From UHGV virus genome UHGV-0203498: a stretch of DNA of 32,670 nucleotides. One strand, given 5' to 3'. The stretch is from a virus. The notes beneath the pieces are model-generated. The model saw only the letters and a list, made by a program, of their open reading frames with translations, had not been told where the DNA came from and ran no database searches. Shown piece after piece: positions 16,402-23,248 of the stretch (its first letter is position 1; the number at the start of each line of letters is the position of its first letter). Both the position numbers and the translations under genes were made by a program.

Positions 16402-16633
16402 GTTTTACCCCATTCAAAACAGCATTACGCAGTGTGCGCAATGCAAATAACCAGATTAACGCGGCCCAGGTGGCGTCAGATACGTCTCCTGTTTGCAACA
16501 GACCCACAATACAGGTCATTGCCGTTAGCAGATATAACACCCGACCGAAGAAGCCATCCTGGACGGATGGCGCGTACACGTTAAACAGGGACGACGCCCC
16601 AATAATCACAAACAACAGGACGGTGAACATCAT
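16388..16633 (-). CDS. Holin / antiholin-like membrane protein (two predicted TM segments)
   Basis: Start MMFTVLLFVIIGASSLF at 16633 overlaps the upstream stop (AAATGATG). Hydrophobic segments, located directly upstream of the endolysin gene. Confidence 0.55.
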   Translation of the reverse strand: MMFTVLLFVIIGASSLFNVYAPSVQDGFFGRVLYLLTAMTCIVGLLQTGDVSDATWAALIWLFALRTLRNAVLNGVKHAIQ

Positions 16634-16920
16634 TTTGCGCCCCCCGGAAGGCTGACGGACGCAATTGCCTCCCTGATCCGGGCTGCGATTGGCATCCAAA
16701 AGATCGCGGTTACGAAGCCCAATCCGGCAACAGTGCGCTCACCAGATAAGCCAGCCCACTCGGCAATCGCTGGCGCACCGAAAATGGCGCACAAGAAGCC
16801 GACCACGATATATAACACAAAGTTTAATGGCCCTTTCGTGGCCTCGCCATGAATGCGAGCGCCAACGAAGCCCCCAGCGAGACATGCAAGGGCGAATAAC
16901 CACTCGTTCAGCTTATCCAT
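16630..16920 (-). CDS. Holin-like membrane protein (about three predicted TM segments)
   Basis: 96 aa with hydrophobic segments LFALACLAGGFVGA, FVLYIVVGFLCAIFGAPAI and LGFVTAIFWMPIA; first gene of the holin-endolysin cassette. Confidence 0.55.
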   Translation of the reverse strand: MDKLNEWLFALACLAGGFVGARIHGEATKGPLNFVLYIVVGFLCAIFGAPAIAEWAGLSGERTVAGLGFVTAIFWMPIAARIREAIASVSLPGGAK

Positions 16921-16956
16921 AAAAAAAGTCCCAGTAAGTTTTAACTCACTGGGACT
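16921..16956 (-). terminator. Hairpin plus U7 tract immediately upstream of the holin start codon
   Basis: 8-bp stem GTCCCAGT (16928-16935) / ACTGGGAC (16948-16955) with a 12-nt loop; on the minus strand it is followed by UUUUUUU (16927-16921) and then directly by the ATG at 16920. Confidence 0.45.
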
Positions 16957-16973
16957 ATATCACGCTTGCATAA

Positions 16974-17261
16974 TTAATCGAAAATTGACCACTTACCGAC
17001 GCCTTTCCATTCCCACCCGGATGATCGGATGGCTTCGAATGTTCGACCGCCTATCAAATCCCGATACCACATCCACCACATGCGCAGCCTGGTCGGGTGT
17101 TCCGTGATGCCGCGGCGCTTGTATATCTGGAACGACATGCGGGTAATGCTGGCAGCTTCCACGGCGGGCCATACCAGGCATACCCATATTGCACCCAGCA
17201 CTGCCGCGATGAGGCATAGTCCGCAGGCCAACCCAAACCAATATATCATTTCGTGTAACAT
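16974..17261 (-). CDS. Hypothetical membrane protein
   Basis: N-terminal hydrophobic stretch IYWFGLACGLCLIAAVLGAIWVCLVWPAV; lies in the lysis-proximal small-gene cluster. Confidence 0.4.
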   Translation of the reverse strand: MLHEMIYWFGLACGLCLIAAVLGAIWVCLVWPAVEAASITRMSFQIYKRRGITEHPTRLRMWWMWYRDLIGGRTFEAIRSSGWEWKGVGKWSIFD

Positions 17262-17394
17262 CGTATTGCCCCTTCTGGTTGTCCGATGTGGCGCGCCAAG
17301 GCACGCGCCACGAAGTAATTGCGGAACACTCGCCCGCCTATCTCAAAGCGGTTATGCACGAGCATATCACGGATGGTTGCGCTCATAGCACACC

Positions 17395-17796
17395 CTACCC
17401 CATACGGCAGAAGGCTTGCCAACTAAGGTCGCGGACAGCTTCGGCGTTAGTGCGGGCACGCAGGCAGTATTTGCGGCCCACTCGCTCATAGTTAACCAGC
17501 CCGAAGTACGTCATGCCTCTCTGTATGTTGCCCGCCACGCCGCCAACGCGGGTCTGCATACGAAGGCGATAAAAACCAACGTACTCCACGATCCATAGCT
17601 GCCCGTCGCGAATATCACGCAGCACATCGCCGCGCTCAATATCGTGGGTGAGTACGTCGTATTTCTCCGGCAGATTTGCCTTATCCGCCCACATGACGCG
17701 GTTGCTTGCTTCGTGCAGGAGGCGCACCCAGTTTTCTGTGGTCCGGATCGGCTTCAGTATGCGCCCGTCCGATTTACGGCGGAATAGTAATTTCAT
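17395..17796 (-). CDS. Hypothetical protein
   Basis: 133-aa ORF in a same-strand gene string; its ATG overlaps the upstream small-ORF stop (ATGA). Confidence 0.45.
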   Translation of the reverse strand: MKLLFRRKSDGRILKPIRTTENWVRLLHEASNRVMWADKANLPEKYDVLTHDIERGDVLRDIRDGQLWIVEYVGFYRLRMQTRVGGVAGNIQRGMTYFGLVNYERVGRKYCLRARTNAEAVRDLSWQAFCRMG

Positions 17797-17936
17797 TGCT
17801 CTGTCTCCTCAATCTCATCGGCAGTTTTAGTGTCGCCATCGCACACAGTAGCGATACCGTCCATCTCATAATCTGCTATGCAGGCATCAACAGAAATAAA
17901 CTTCTGCGAGAATCCCGCCATTAGTGCTGGTGTCAT
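17793..17936 (-). CDS. Small hypothetical protein (47 aa), translationally coupled on both sides
   Basis: ATG at 17936 overlaps the stop of the upstream gene and its own TGA overlaps the ATG of the downstream gene. Sequence MTPALMAGFSQKFISVDACIADYEMDGIATVCDGDTKTADEIEETEQ. Below the ORF-track size cutoff. Confidence 0.3.
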   Translation of the reverse strand: MTPALMAGFSQKFISVDACIADYEMDGIATVCDGDTKTADEIEETEQ

Positions 17937-18202
17937 TTGCTCAGTCTCCAGTGTTTGCCTACCCGCTCGACTGCGGGCTTTCGGCGTAATGTAATACGGA
18001 TCCCCATTGGTTGCAAGGAAGTCCGCACCCTGAAATCGTGCTTTGCTGCGAACTGGTGCAAGTAGCGAGTCTGCGTAAGCGGCTTCACATCATCGCGATA
18101 GCTCCAGTACACAGAATCGCCCTCAGTCGCATTCTTAGCCCATATTCGTATGCAGTGTAGGGGAATGCGCCATGAAAGCTGTTTAGCGCGCCTACGGCTC
18201 AT
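17933..18202 (-). CDS. Hypothetical protein
   Basis: 89-aa basic protein; ATG at 18202 preceded by AAGGGG at 6-nt spacing. Confidence 0.4.
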   Translation of the reverse strand: MSRRRAKQLSWRIPLHCIRIWAKNATEGDSVYWSYRDDVKPLTQTRYLHQFAAKHDFRVRTSLQPMGIRITLRRKPAVERVGKHWRLSK

Positions 18203-18211
18203 TCTAGCCCC

Positions 18212-18517
18212 TTATTTCGCAAGCTGAGCGAATAGTTCGCGCTGTGCTTTAATCCGGGCGACGTTTGTCACCGCCTTATCGCCAATACCGAAGCGATATG
18301 CCAGGCGCTCACGGGAGAATGCCTTCGCGTAGCCCTGGATGGCGTTCAGCAGCGAGGCCAGTTTGGCAATCGTGACACCCCTGGCAACGAGTGCACGACG
18401 GAGTGATAGGCGCGTCAGTATCACGGACCGGCACGCATCGTCTTCGTTGCCGTTCAGTGCTCTGGCCTCGTCCAGCTTCGCCACGGCCAGGGTGTAATTC
18501 CAGATTAGTGCTCGCAT
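18212..18517 (-). CDS. Hypothetical protein
   Basis: 101-aa ORF in the same-strand operon. Confidence 0.45.
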   Translation of the reverse strand: MRALIWNYTLAVAKLDEARALNGNEDDACRSVILTRLSLRRALVARGVTIAKLASLLNAIQGYAKAFSRERLAYRFGIGDKAVTNVARIKAQRELFAQLAK

Positions 18518-18711
18518 CGTTCGGTCCTCTTCGTGATGGTTACGCTGTCCAGGAACTGGAAAAGCGCCTCTTGTGCCTTGACGCGCATTGCTTCGTATCG
18601 GCGCTCTTTCTTAAAGTTGCCGAGTAGGTGTGCGGCTCGCGCTTGCAGGTCAGCATTGTTCTCCGCCTCAATCAGTTCTAACAGTTCGTCGACCAGGTCT
18701 TCGTGTTCCAT
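18505..18711 (-). CDS. Hypothetical acidic protein; first gene of the operon
   Basis: ATG at 18711 preceded by AGGAGGA and by the TTGGT-N5-ACCAA palindrome. The upstream region carries a TTGCAG-N16-TTATAT promoter-like arrangement overlapping two ATTGGTTGCA motifs. Confidence 0.45.
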   Translation of the reverse strand: MEHEDLVDELLELIEAENNADLQARAAHLLGNFKKERRYEAMRVKAQEALFQFLDSVTITKRTERCEH

Positions 18712-18732
18712 CGTTCAGTCCTCCTGTTGGTG

Positions 18733-18776
18733 TGCAACCAATATAACAGGGTGCCAGGGTGACTGCAACCAATATT
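18733..18776 (-). promoter_or_regulatory. ATTGGTTGCA motif pair with overlapping promoter-like hexamers upstream of gene 18711
   Basis: On the minus strand: ATATTGGTTGCAGTCACCCTGGCACCCTGTTATATTGGTTGCACACCAACAGGAGG. Confidence 0.45.
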
Positions 18777-18921
18777 AATCACGCGCATGAAAAAGTTGAT
18801 CGCTATCTGCTGAAACTGCAAACTGCATTTTTCACTCTCCATTCTGCAACTCGCATTGGTTGCCGAGTTCATCGACGACCGCAATTTGCATCATGTTGCC
18901 GTGCGTTATGCAATCCCGGAT

Positions 18922-19083
18922 TTTATGCAGTCTCAGACGAGGGGGGTGCCAGACCCCCCGTCTAGTCTGAAAGACTGGGGTGCTGTCCCGCTGTCCCGCT
19001 CCTCTGGAAGCCGCGTCATCCGTGGGCGGGACGGGGTGCTGTCCCGCTTTGTCCCGCCCCTGGTCTGTCCCGCTTTTTGTCCC
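18922..19083. repeat. Copy B of the ~163-bp structured repeat element
   Basis: 18923-18999 is identical to 2128-2203 and 19027-19083 is identical to 2233-2289, in the same orientation, 16.8 kb from copy A. Confidence 0.85.
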
Positions 19084-19132
19084 GCTTACTTTATGCAATA
19101 AAAATGCATAATTATTCACTATATTCACACTA

Positions 19133-19216
19133 CACGGCAACCAATACGACCAGCTAAAAACACGCAATCTGGCAACCAATGCGCGCAGAAATTAACCAAC
19201 ATGGCAACCAATGCGC
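19133..19216 (-). promoter_or_regulatory. Three ATTGGTTGCC motif copies, including an exact 17-bp direct repeat
   Basis: Plus-strand GGCAACCAATGCGCGCA occurs at 19172-19188 and 19200-19216; a third GGCAACCAAT is at 19133-19142. Located downstream of the primase gene stop. Confidence 0.5.
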
Positions 19217-19223
19217 GCAAATT

Positions 19224-21488
19224 TTAATCTTTCAAGTCATCGTCTGTCGCCGAAAGCGTGATTGGGATATCCGATTTGATAACCAAATTAGACGACCCAT
19301 ATATGGCCCCGGTGTGTGGATCTGTGTAAAAACCGAGCACGCCGCGCTCGACCATATCGTCAATTGCCTTCGTCGATGTGCCACCTTTCGCGAGTCCCGC
19401 CTGGCGGACAATTGCCGATTTACTGAATCCAGTATGATCCGGGTTATCTTCCATCAGTTTTTCCAGTGCCGCATAAAGCACTTTTTCTTTTTCTGTGCGC
19501 GGTCCGGCGGTGTTCTCTTCCTTAACTGCGGCTTTGCCCGCGGCCTTCGCCTGTTCGATAGCGAACGGTGCCAGGGCAACCGGTACGAGGTAGAGAGTCT
19601 CGTCGCGTGGCGTGGAGGCGATAGGCTTGACGTCCCAACCGGCAACCACATCGCCGAAGTCAGGCCCAGCGCTGGTGGACTGGTGGGCTTCGAACGCCTC
19701 GGACTTGCGGAGATCCACCTTCACCTTGCACTTGAGCAGGACGAAGCCGCGCGGCGCTTGCTTGATGCCGTTACGAGACTTCTCGTGGTACAGGTTGAGT
19801 TGGCCTGGCTGGTTGTCGTCTGGCTGTTCCAGGAAGAACGCAGAATCGACAGCACCATGAAGCGCGCCGGATCCGCGTGGCGTTCTGCTGCCGTTTGCAC
19901 CTTTAGCCGGGTGGTGGATGACGCCCGCGCTGCCGCCTGTATTTTCCGCAATGGCCTTCAGCGCCTTGACTACCTCGCCCATATCGCTGGCGTTGTTCTC
20001 GTCGAATGGCTTGGCATCGGCGGACCGCAGCGCGACAGTCTGGTTGAGTGAGTCGAATGCCACCAGGCCAACCGGTTCGCCATTCGCGGTGCGATTGATA
20101 AAGCTGATAACTTCGCGCAGGCCAGACTTGCTGGTGATATCCCAGCCGCGTGACTGCAGGTCTATAATGTGCAACTTGTCCAGGTCGTGCTCGTATTTGA
20201 TCTGCAATGCTTCCTTACGCTGGCTGGAGGCTTCGCCGCCTTCCGCATCGAAATAGAAGCAATGGGACTGGACGACCTTCGCACCGCCAAACGGGATACC
20301 AGCGGCAACCGCGCCCATCTGACCCAGCACGTAGAACGACTTACCGATGTTCGACTCACCGGCGAGATACCAGGTCGATTTGAAGTTAACCAGGCCTTCG
20401 ATGATCGGGTCGTGTTTACTGAACAGGGCGACCGGCTCGTTGTCCAGGTCTGCATCTGTGCATTCGCCGAACTCGTCGCCGTCACCGACCGCGTCCACGA
20501 TATGCTCGTAGCATGATTCCACTTCCTCGTCGTCCAGCCCCGGAAGGATGGCGGCGATCTGCTTACGTGACATGTTGTGCGGTTCGACGTTCAGGTGGTC
20601 CGGGATACCGATCAGACGCAGCGCCAGGTGCTGGTGTTTATTCAGTTCTGAGCAACACTCGTTACCGGTGTGCATACACTTGAAACGGATCTCGCCATCC
20701 TTAACCAGGATTGCCGTTGACCCTTCGCCACTGTGCAGGTGTTCGTTAGGACACGGCACTTCATAGCCGCGACCGGATGACAGGGGTTCAAAGCCCGCCT
20801 GGAAGCACCAGTCCAGGATGCCGTCTGCCACACCGCCGTCGCCCTGGGTCAGTTCGTGGCGTACTTCCTCTTTCTCAACTCCCAGCTTGTCAGCCAGGCG
20901 GAGCAGACGACGGACGCGGGCACGCTTGCCGTAGTGGCACTTAACGACAGCCTGCTGGTGCGGCAGGTACATAAGGCGGTTTGTGTCTTTCGTGCAATCG
21001 TCGAAAGCCACATCAGACAGGCCCAGTTGGTCTAACAACGCATACTGGACGCGGCCCAGGTCTTCCGCCGGTACAGGCTTGTCAGTGAGCACCAGGAAAC
21101 GAGCGCAACGCGTGCCACCTTTCAGCGGGTGTCGGTCGCCGGTAGTGGTGTGGAAGACGTGCTCCAGTCCCGCGTCGATGAACGCCTTACGGCAGCGGCG
21201 TAAGGTGCTGGTGTCGGTGCGGTCAATATCGAAGAACAGGATCGAGCGGTCCACCGCACTGGTCTTACGACGCAATCCGTCACGGGTATACGCCACTATG
21301 CCATCAGCCTTACGCTTGCGGCGCGCATACTCGGCTTTATCTTCCGTCTTGTTGATATGCACCGACGATATTTCTTTCGCATCTTTGATAAATTCGAAAA
21401 ATTCATCAGTGGTCATCTGGAAGTTTTCCGCCCTGGCTTTTTCGCCTTTTTTAGCGGGTTTTGTTACAGCGAATTTAATTAAGCTCAT
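19224..21488 (-). CDS. DNA primase / helicase (primase-polymerase-like N-terminal domain, zinc-binding middle region, P-loop ATPase C-terminal domain)
   Basis: N-terminal ILFFDIDRTD (hhhhDhD primase-polymerase-like motif); Cys/His cluster CPNEHLH...CMHTGNECC; Walker A AGESNIGKS and Walker B-like GLVAFDSLN. Confidence 0.8.
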   Translation of the reverse strand: MSLIKFAVTKPAKKGEKARAENFQMTTDEFFEFIKDAKEISSVHINKTEDKAEYARRKRKADGIVAYTRDGLRRKTSAVDRSILFFDIDRTDTSTLRRCRKAFIDAGLEHVFHTTTGDRHPLKGGTRCARFLVLTDKPVPAEDLGRVQYALLDQLGLSDVAFDDCTKDTNRLMYLPHQQAVVKCHYGKRARVRRLLRLADKLGVEKEEVRHELTQGDGGVADGILDWCFQAGFEPLSSGRGYEVPCPNEHLHSGEGSTAILVKDGEIRFKCMHTGNECCSELNKHQHLALRLIGIPDHLNVEPHNMSRKQIAAILPGLDDEEVESCYEHIVDAVGDGDEFGECTDADLDNEPVALFSKHDPIIEGLVNFKSTWYLAGESNIGKSFYVLGQMGAVAAGIPFGGAKVVQSHCFYFDAEGGEASSQRKEALQIKYEHDLDKLHIIDLQSRGWDITSKSGLREVISFINRTANGEPVGLVAFDSLNQTVALRSADAKPFDENNASDMGEVVKALKAIAENTGGSAGVIHHPAKGANGSRTPRGSGALHGAVDSAFFLEQPDDNQPGQLNLYHEKSRNGIKQAPRGFVLLKCKVKVDLRKSEAFEAHQSTSAGPDFGDVVAGWDVKPIASTPRDETLYLVPVALAPFAIEQAKAAGKAAVKEENTAGPRTEKEKVLYAALEKLMEDNPDHTGFSKSAIVRQAGLAKGGTSTKAIDDMVERGVLGFYTDPHTGAIYGSSNLVIKSDIPITLSATDDDLKD

Positions 21489-21498
21489 TGCCGTAGCC

Positions 21499-21828
21499 TT
21501 ACTTAGAAGTTTTATTATTGCGTACCCAGGAGCGCACTGTGCTCTGATTAATTCCGGTCAACTCGGCAATCATCGCCCATGACTTACCTTCGTCGCGCAA
21601 ACGGATAACCTGCTTTTTGTATTCTTCCATTTCTTCATTGTGTTTTTGCAGCTTGCTTGCTGCCGTGCCATTGAGCAATTCAAGCCTGGCGCGTAATTCT
21701 TTTTCGACACTGCGCAGGCGCTCGATTTCAAATAACACCGCACCAACGGCGTCGGTATAAGCCCAGGACCGGCTTGTTTCACCGCTAACAGTTTTCGTTA
21801 ACATTTCGATTGCGTCGTTTACATTCAT
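21499..21828 (-). CDS. Putative DNA-binding regulator (coiled-coil N-terminus, C-terminal helix-turn-helix)
   Basis: C-terminal KSWAMIAELTGINQSTVRSWVRNN is HTH-like. First gene of the primase operon, preceded by GAGGGAAG RBS and the palindrome GTTGGT-N5-ACCAAC (21842-21858). Confidence 0.5.
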   Translation of the reverse strand: MNVNDAIEMLTKTVSGETSRSWAYTDAVGAVLFEIERLRSVEKELRARLELLNGTAASKLQKHNEEMEEYKKQVIRLRDEGKSWAMIAELTGINQSTVRSWVRNNKTSK

Positions 21829-21859
21829 TGCTCTTCCCTCAGTTGGTTAATGACCAACG

Positions 21860-21889
21860 AAACTACACCCAAAACCGCACGGTGTCAAA
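21860..21889 (-). promoter_or_regulatory. Putative sigma70-like promoter for the minus-strand primase operon
   Basis: Minus-strand TTGACA (plus 21884-21889), ~18-nt spacer, TAGTTT (plus 21860-21865). The -10 is weak. Confidence 0.3.
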
Positions 21890-21979
21890 TACTTTGGTTA
21901 TTGAAACGGGCGCGCACGCGTGTAATAATAATTCCGTCTCATTGTCTCTTATTGGTTAGCGCCGTCGCATTTTGCCTTG

Positions 21980-22033
21980 GCGCTTTTTTTTTGAAATTAG
22001 TTGTTGACACCCCACATGCAACCAATCTAATAT
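21980..22033 (+). promoter_or_regulatory. Putative strong sigma70 promoter with upstream T-tract (UP-like element) for the plus-strand early operon
   Basis: TTGACA at 22004-22009, 18-nt spacer, TAATAT at 22028-22033; T9 tract at 21984-21992; the spacer contains GCAACCAAT. Confidence 0.5.
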
Positions 22034-22229
22034 TCACTCCGTCGACAGGATGCAGGACGCAAACTGGAGAGGGGCAACGCAGGGGCCGGATCGAAGTGTC
22101 AGGATTCCCAACCGTGATTATATAACCAGGTCCACTACCCGAACGGGAGAACGCGTAACCTGGCAATATGTTAAGGCCACCGACGAAGTTAACTGCCGAC
22201 ACCTAAACTTAACCAATCGGAGATATACC

Positions 22230-22760
22230 ATGTTTGAGCAAATCGTAAACCTGATCACACGCGGCGTAGTAGCACTGGAAACCATCGCGAAGCATTATGA
22301 AACCGTCGGTGCTGCCGTGGACCCAAAAGCGAACGGCACAGCTAAGAAAGGCAAGGCTAAGCCGGAAACCGAAGTCGAAGACGACGATCAGGACGAAGTA
22401 GAAGATACGCCTAAAGCGAAAAAAGGCGCGGCAAAAGAAACCAAGTCTAAAGGTAAGGCTAAGAAGGAAGTCGTAGAAGATGAAGACGACGAAGCGGAAG
22501 AAGAAGCTCCGGCGAAGTCTAAGAAAGCGAAAGGCAAAGGTAAGAAAGAAGCTGACCCGCTGGCAGAAATGCGCGACGAAATCAAACAGTATGCCGCTAT
22601 TATTGCAGGCGGTGATGATGATGATGCGAACGACGAATTTGATGACCTGCTGGAATCGTATGAAATTAAATCCATCGCCAAGCTGGAAGACGACGACGTC
22701 GAAGACTTCCACAAAGATTTAAAAGAAATCGTCGAAACCTATTTCGAACTGGAAGATTAA
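22230..22760 (+). CDS. Highly acidic, lysine-patch low-complexity protein (first early gene)
   Basis: ATG at 22230 preceded by GGAG at 8-nt spacing; alternating K-rich and D/E-rich blocks (KKGKAKPETEVEDDDQDEVED..., DEDDEAEEEAPAKSKKAKGKGKK). The ORF-track start at 22050 is unlikely. Confidence 0.5.
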   Translation: MFEQIVNLITRGVVALETIAKHYETVGAAVDPKANGTAKKGKAKPETEVEDDDQDEVEDTPKAKKGAAKETKSKGKAKKEVVEDEDDEAEEEAPAKSKKAKGKGKKEADPLAEMRDEIKQYAAIIAGGDDDDANDEFDDLLESYEIKSIAKLEDDDVEDFHKDLKEIVETYFELED

Positions 22761-22766
22761 TATTAT

Positions 22767-22796
22767 CCGGCCCGCTAATCTGCGGGCCTATTTTTA
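22767..22796 (+). terminator. Rho-independent terminator
   Basis: Stem GGCCCGC (22769-22775) / GCGGGCC (22782-22788) with loop TAATCT, followed by TATTTTTA. Confidence 0.6.
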
Positions 22797-22808
22797 GAGG
22801 ACGAGACA

Positions 22809-23060
22809 ATGGCACGCTTCACGCTAATCGAGGCAGTGGATTCACGCGACCAGCGCCCGTACTATTGGCTATTTGAACGCATCGGCAGCTTTCAGTCGCG
22901 AGTTGCCGTAATAGATAAACGCCGCAACACCCCCGCGCAAATTAAGCGCACCACCTTTACTAATCCCGACTTTTATCTTTGGGCTGATTCCAACCTGGAA
23001 TATGTTCGCTTTGCAGTTGCATCCGAAGCAAGAACAATCGACCGATGGGAGACTAAATAA
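22809..23060 (+). CDS. Hypothetical protein
   Basis: 83-aa ORF; GAGGA RBS at 8-nt spacing. Confidence 0.45.
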   Translation: MARFTLIEAVDSRDQRPYYWLFERIGSFQSRVAVIDKRRNTPAQIKRTTFTNPDFYLWADSNLEYVRFAVASEARTIDRWETK

Positions 23061-23248
23061 TGGCTATATTCTTTGTTTTATTTCGTTGCCGTATCACCGG
23101 CGACGAGCGACCGGAAATAATTAGGCATGAGAACTGGCTTTGCTGTTGGGGGAAAGCCTGCGACCTGGCTTTGACAATGAACGAAGATGCGAATCGTGCC
23201 AATGTTAAACATGATTATTACATCGCTCAATTTTCAAGGGTTGGATAA
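23060..23248 (+). CDS. Hypothetical small protein
   Basis: 62-aa ORF coupled through TAATG overlaps at both ends. Confidence 0.35.
   Translation: MAIFFVLFRCRITGDERPEIIRHENWLCCWGKACDLALTMNEDANRANVKHDYYIAQFSRVG

Noticed and set aside
19179-20051. Plus-strand ORF of 290 aa and other ORFs inside 19224-21488 on either strand
   Set aside because: They are antisense or out of frame relative to the primase-helicase gene, which carries the recognisable motifs.
21957-21992. Hairpin with a long loop followed by a T9 tract, as a plus-strand terminator
   Set aside because: There is no plus-strand gene upstream to terminate, and the stem is short with a 15-nt loop; the T-tract is better explained as an UP-like element for the promoter at 22004-22033.
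22209-22722. Minus-strand and alternative plus-frame ORFs within 22230-22760
   Set aside because: Products of the low-complexity repeat content of the acidic protein gene read in other frames.
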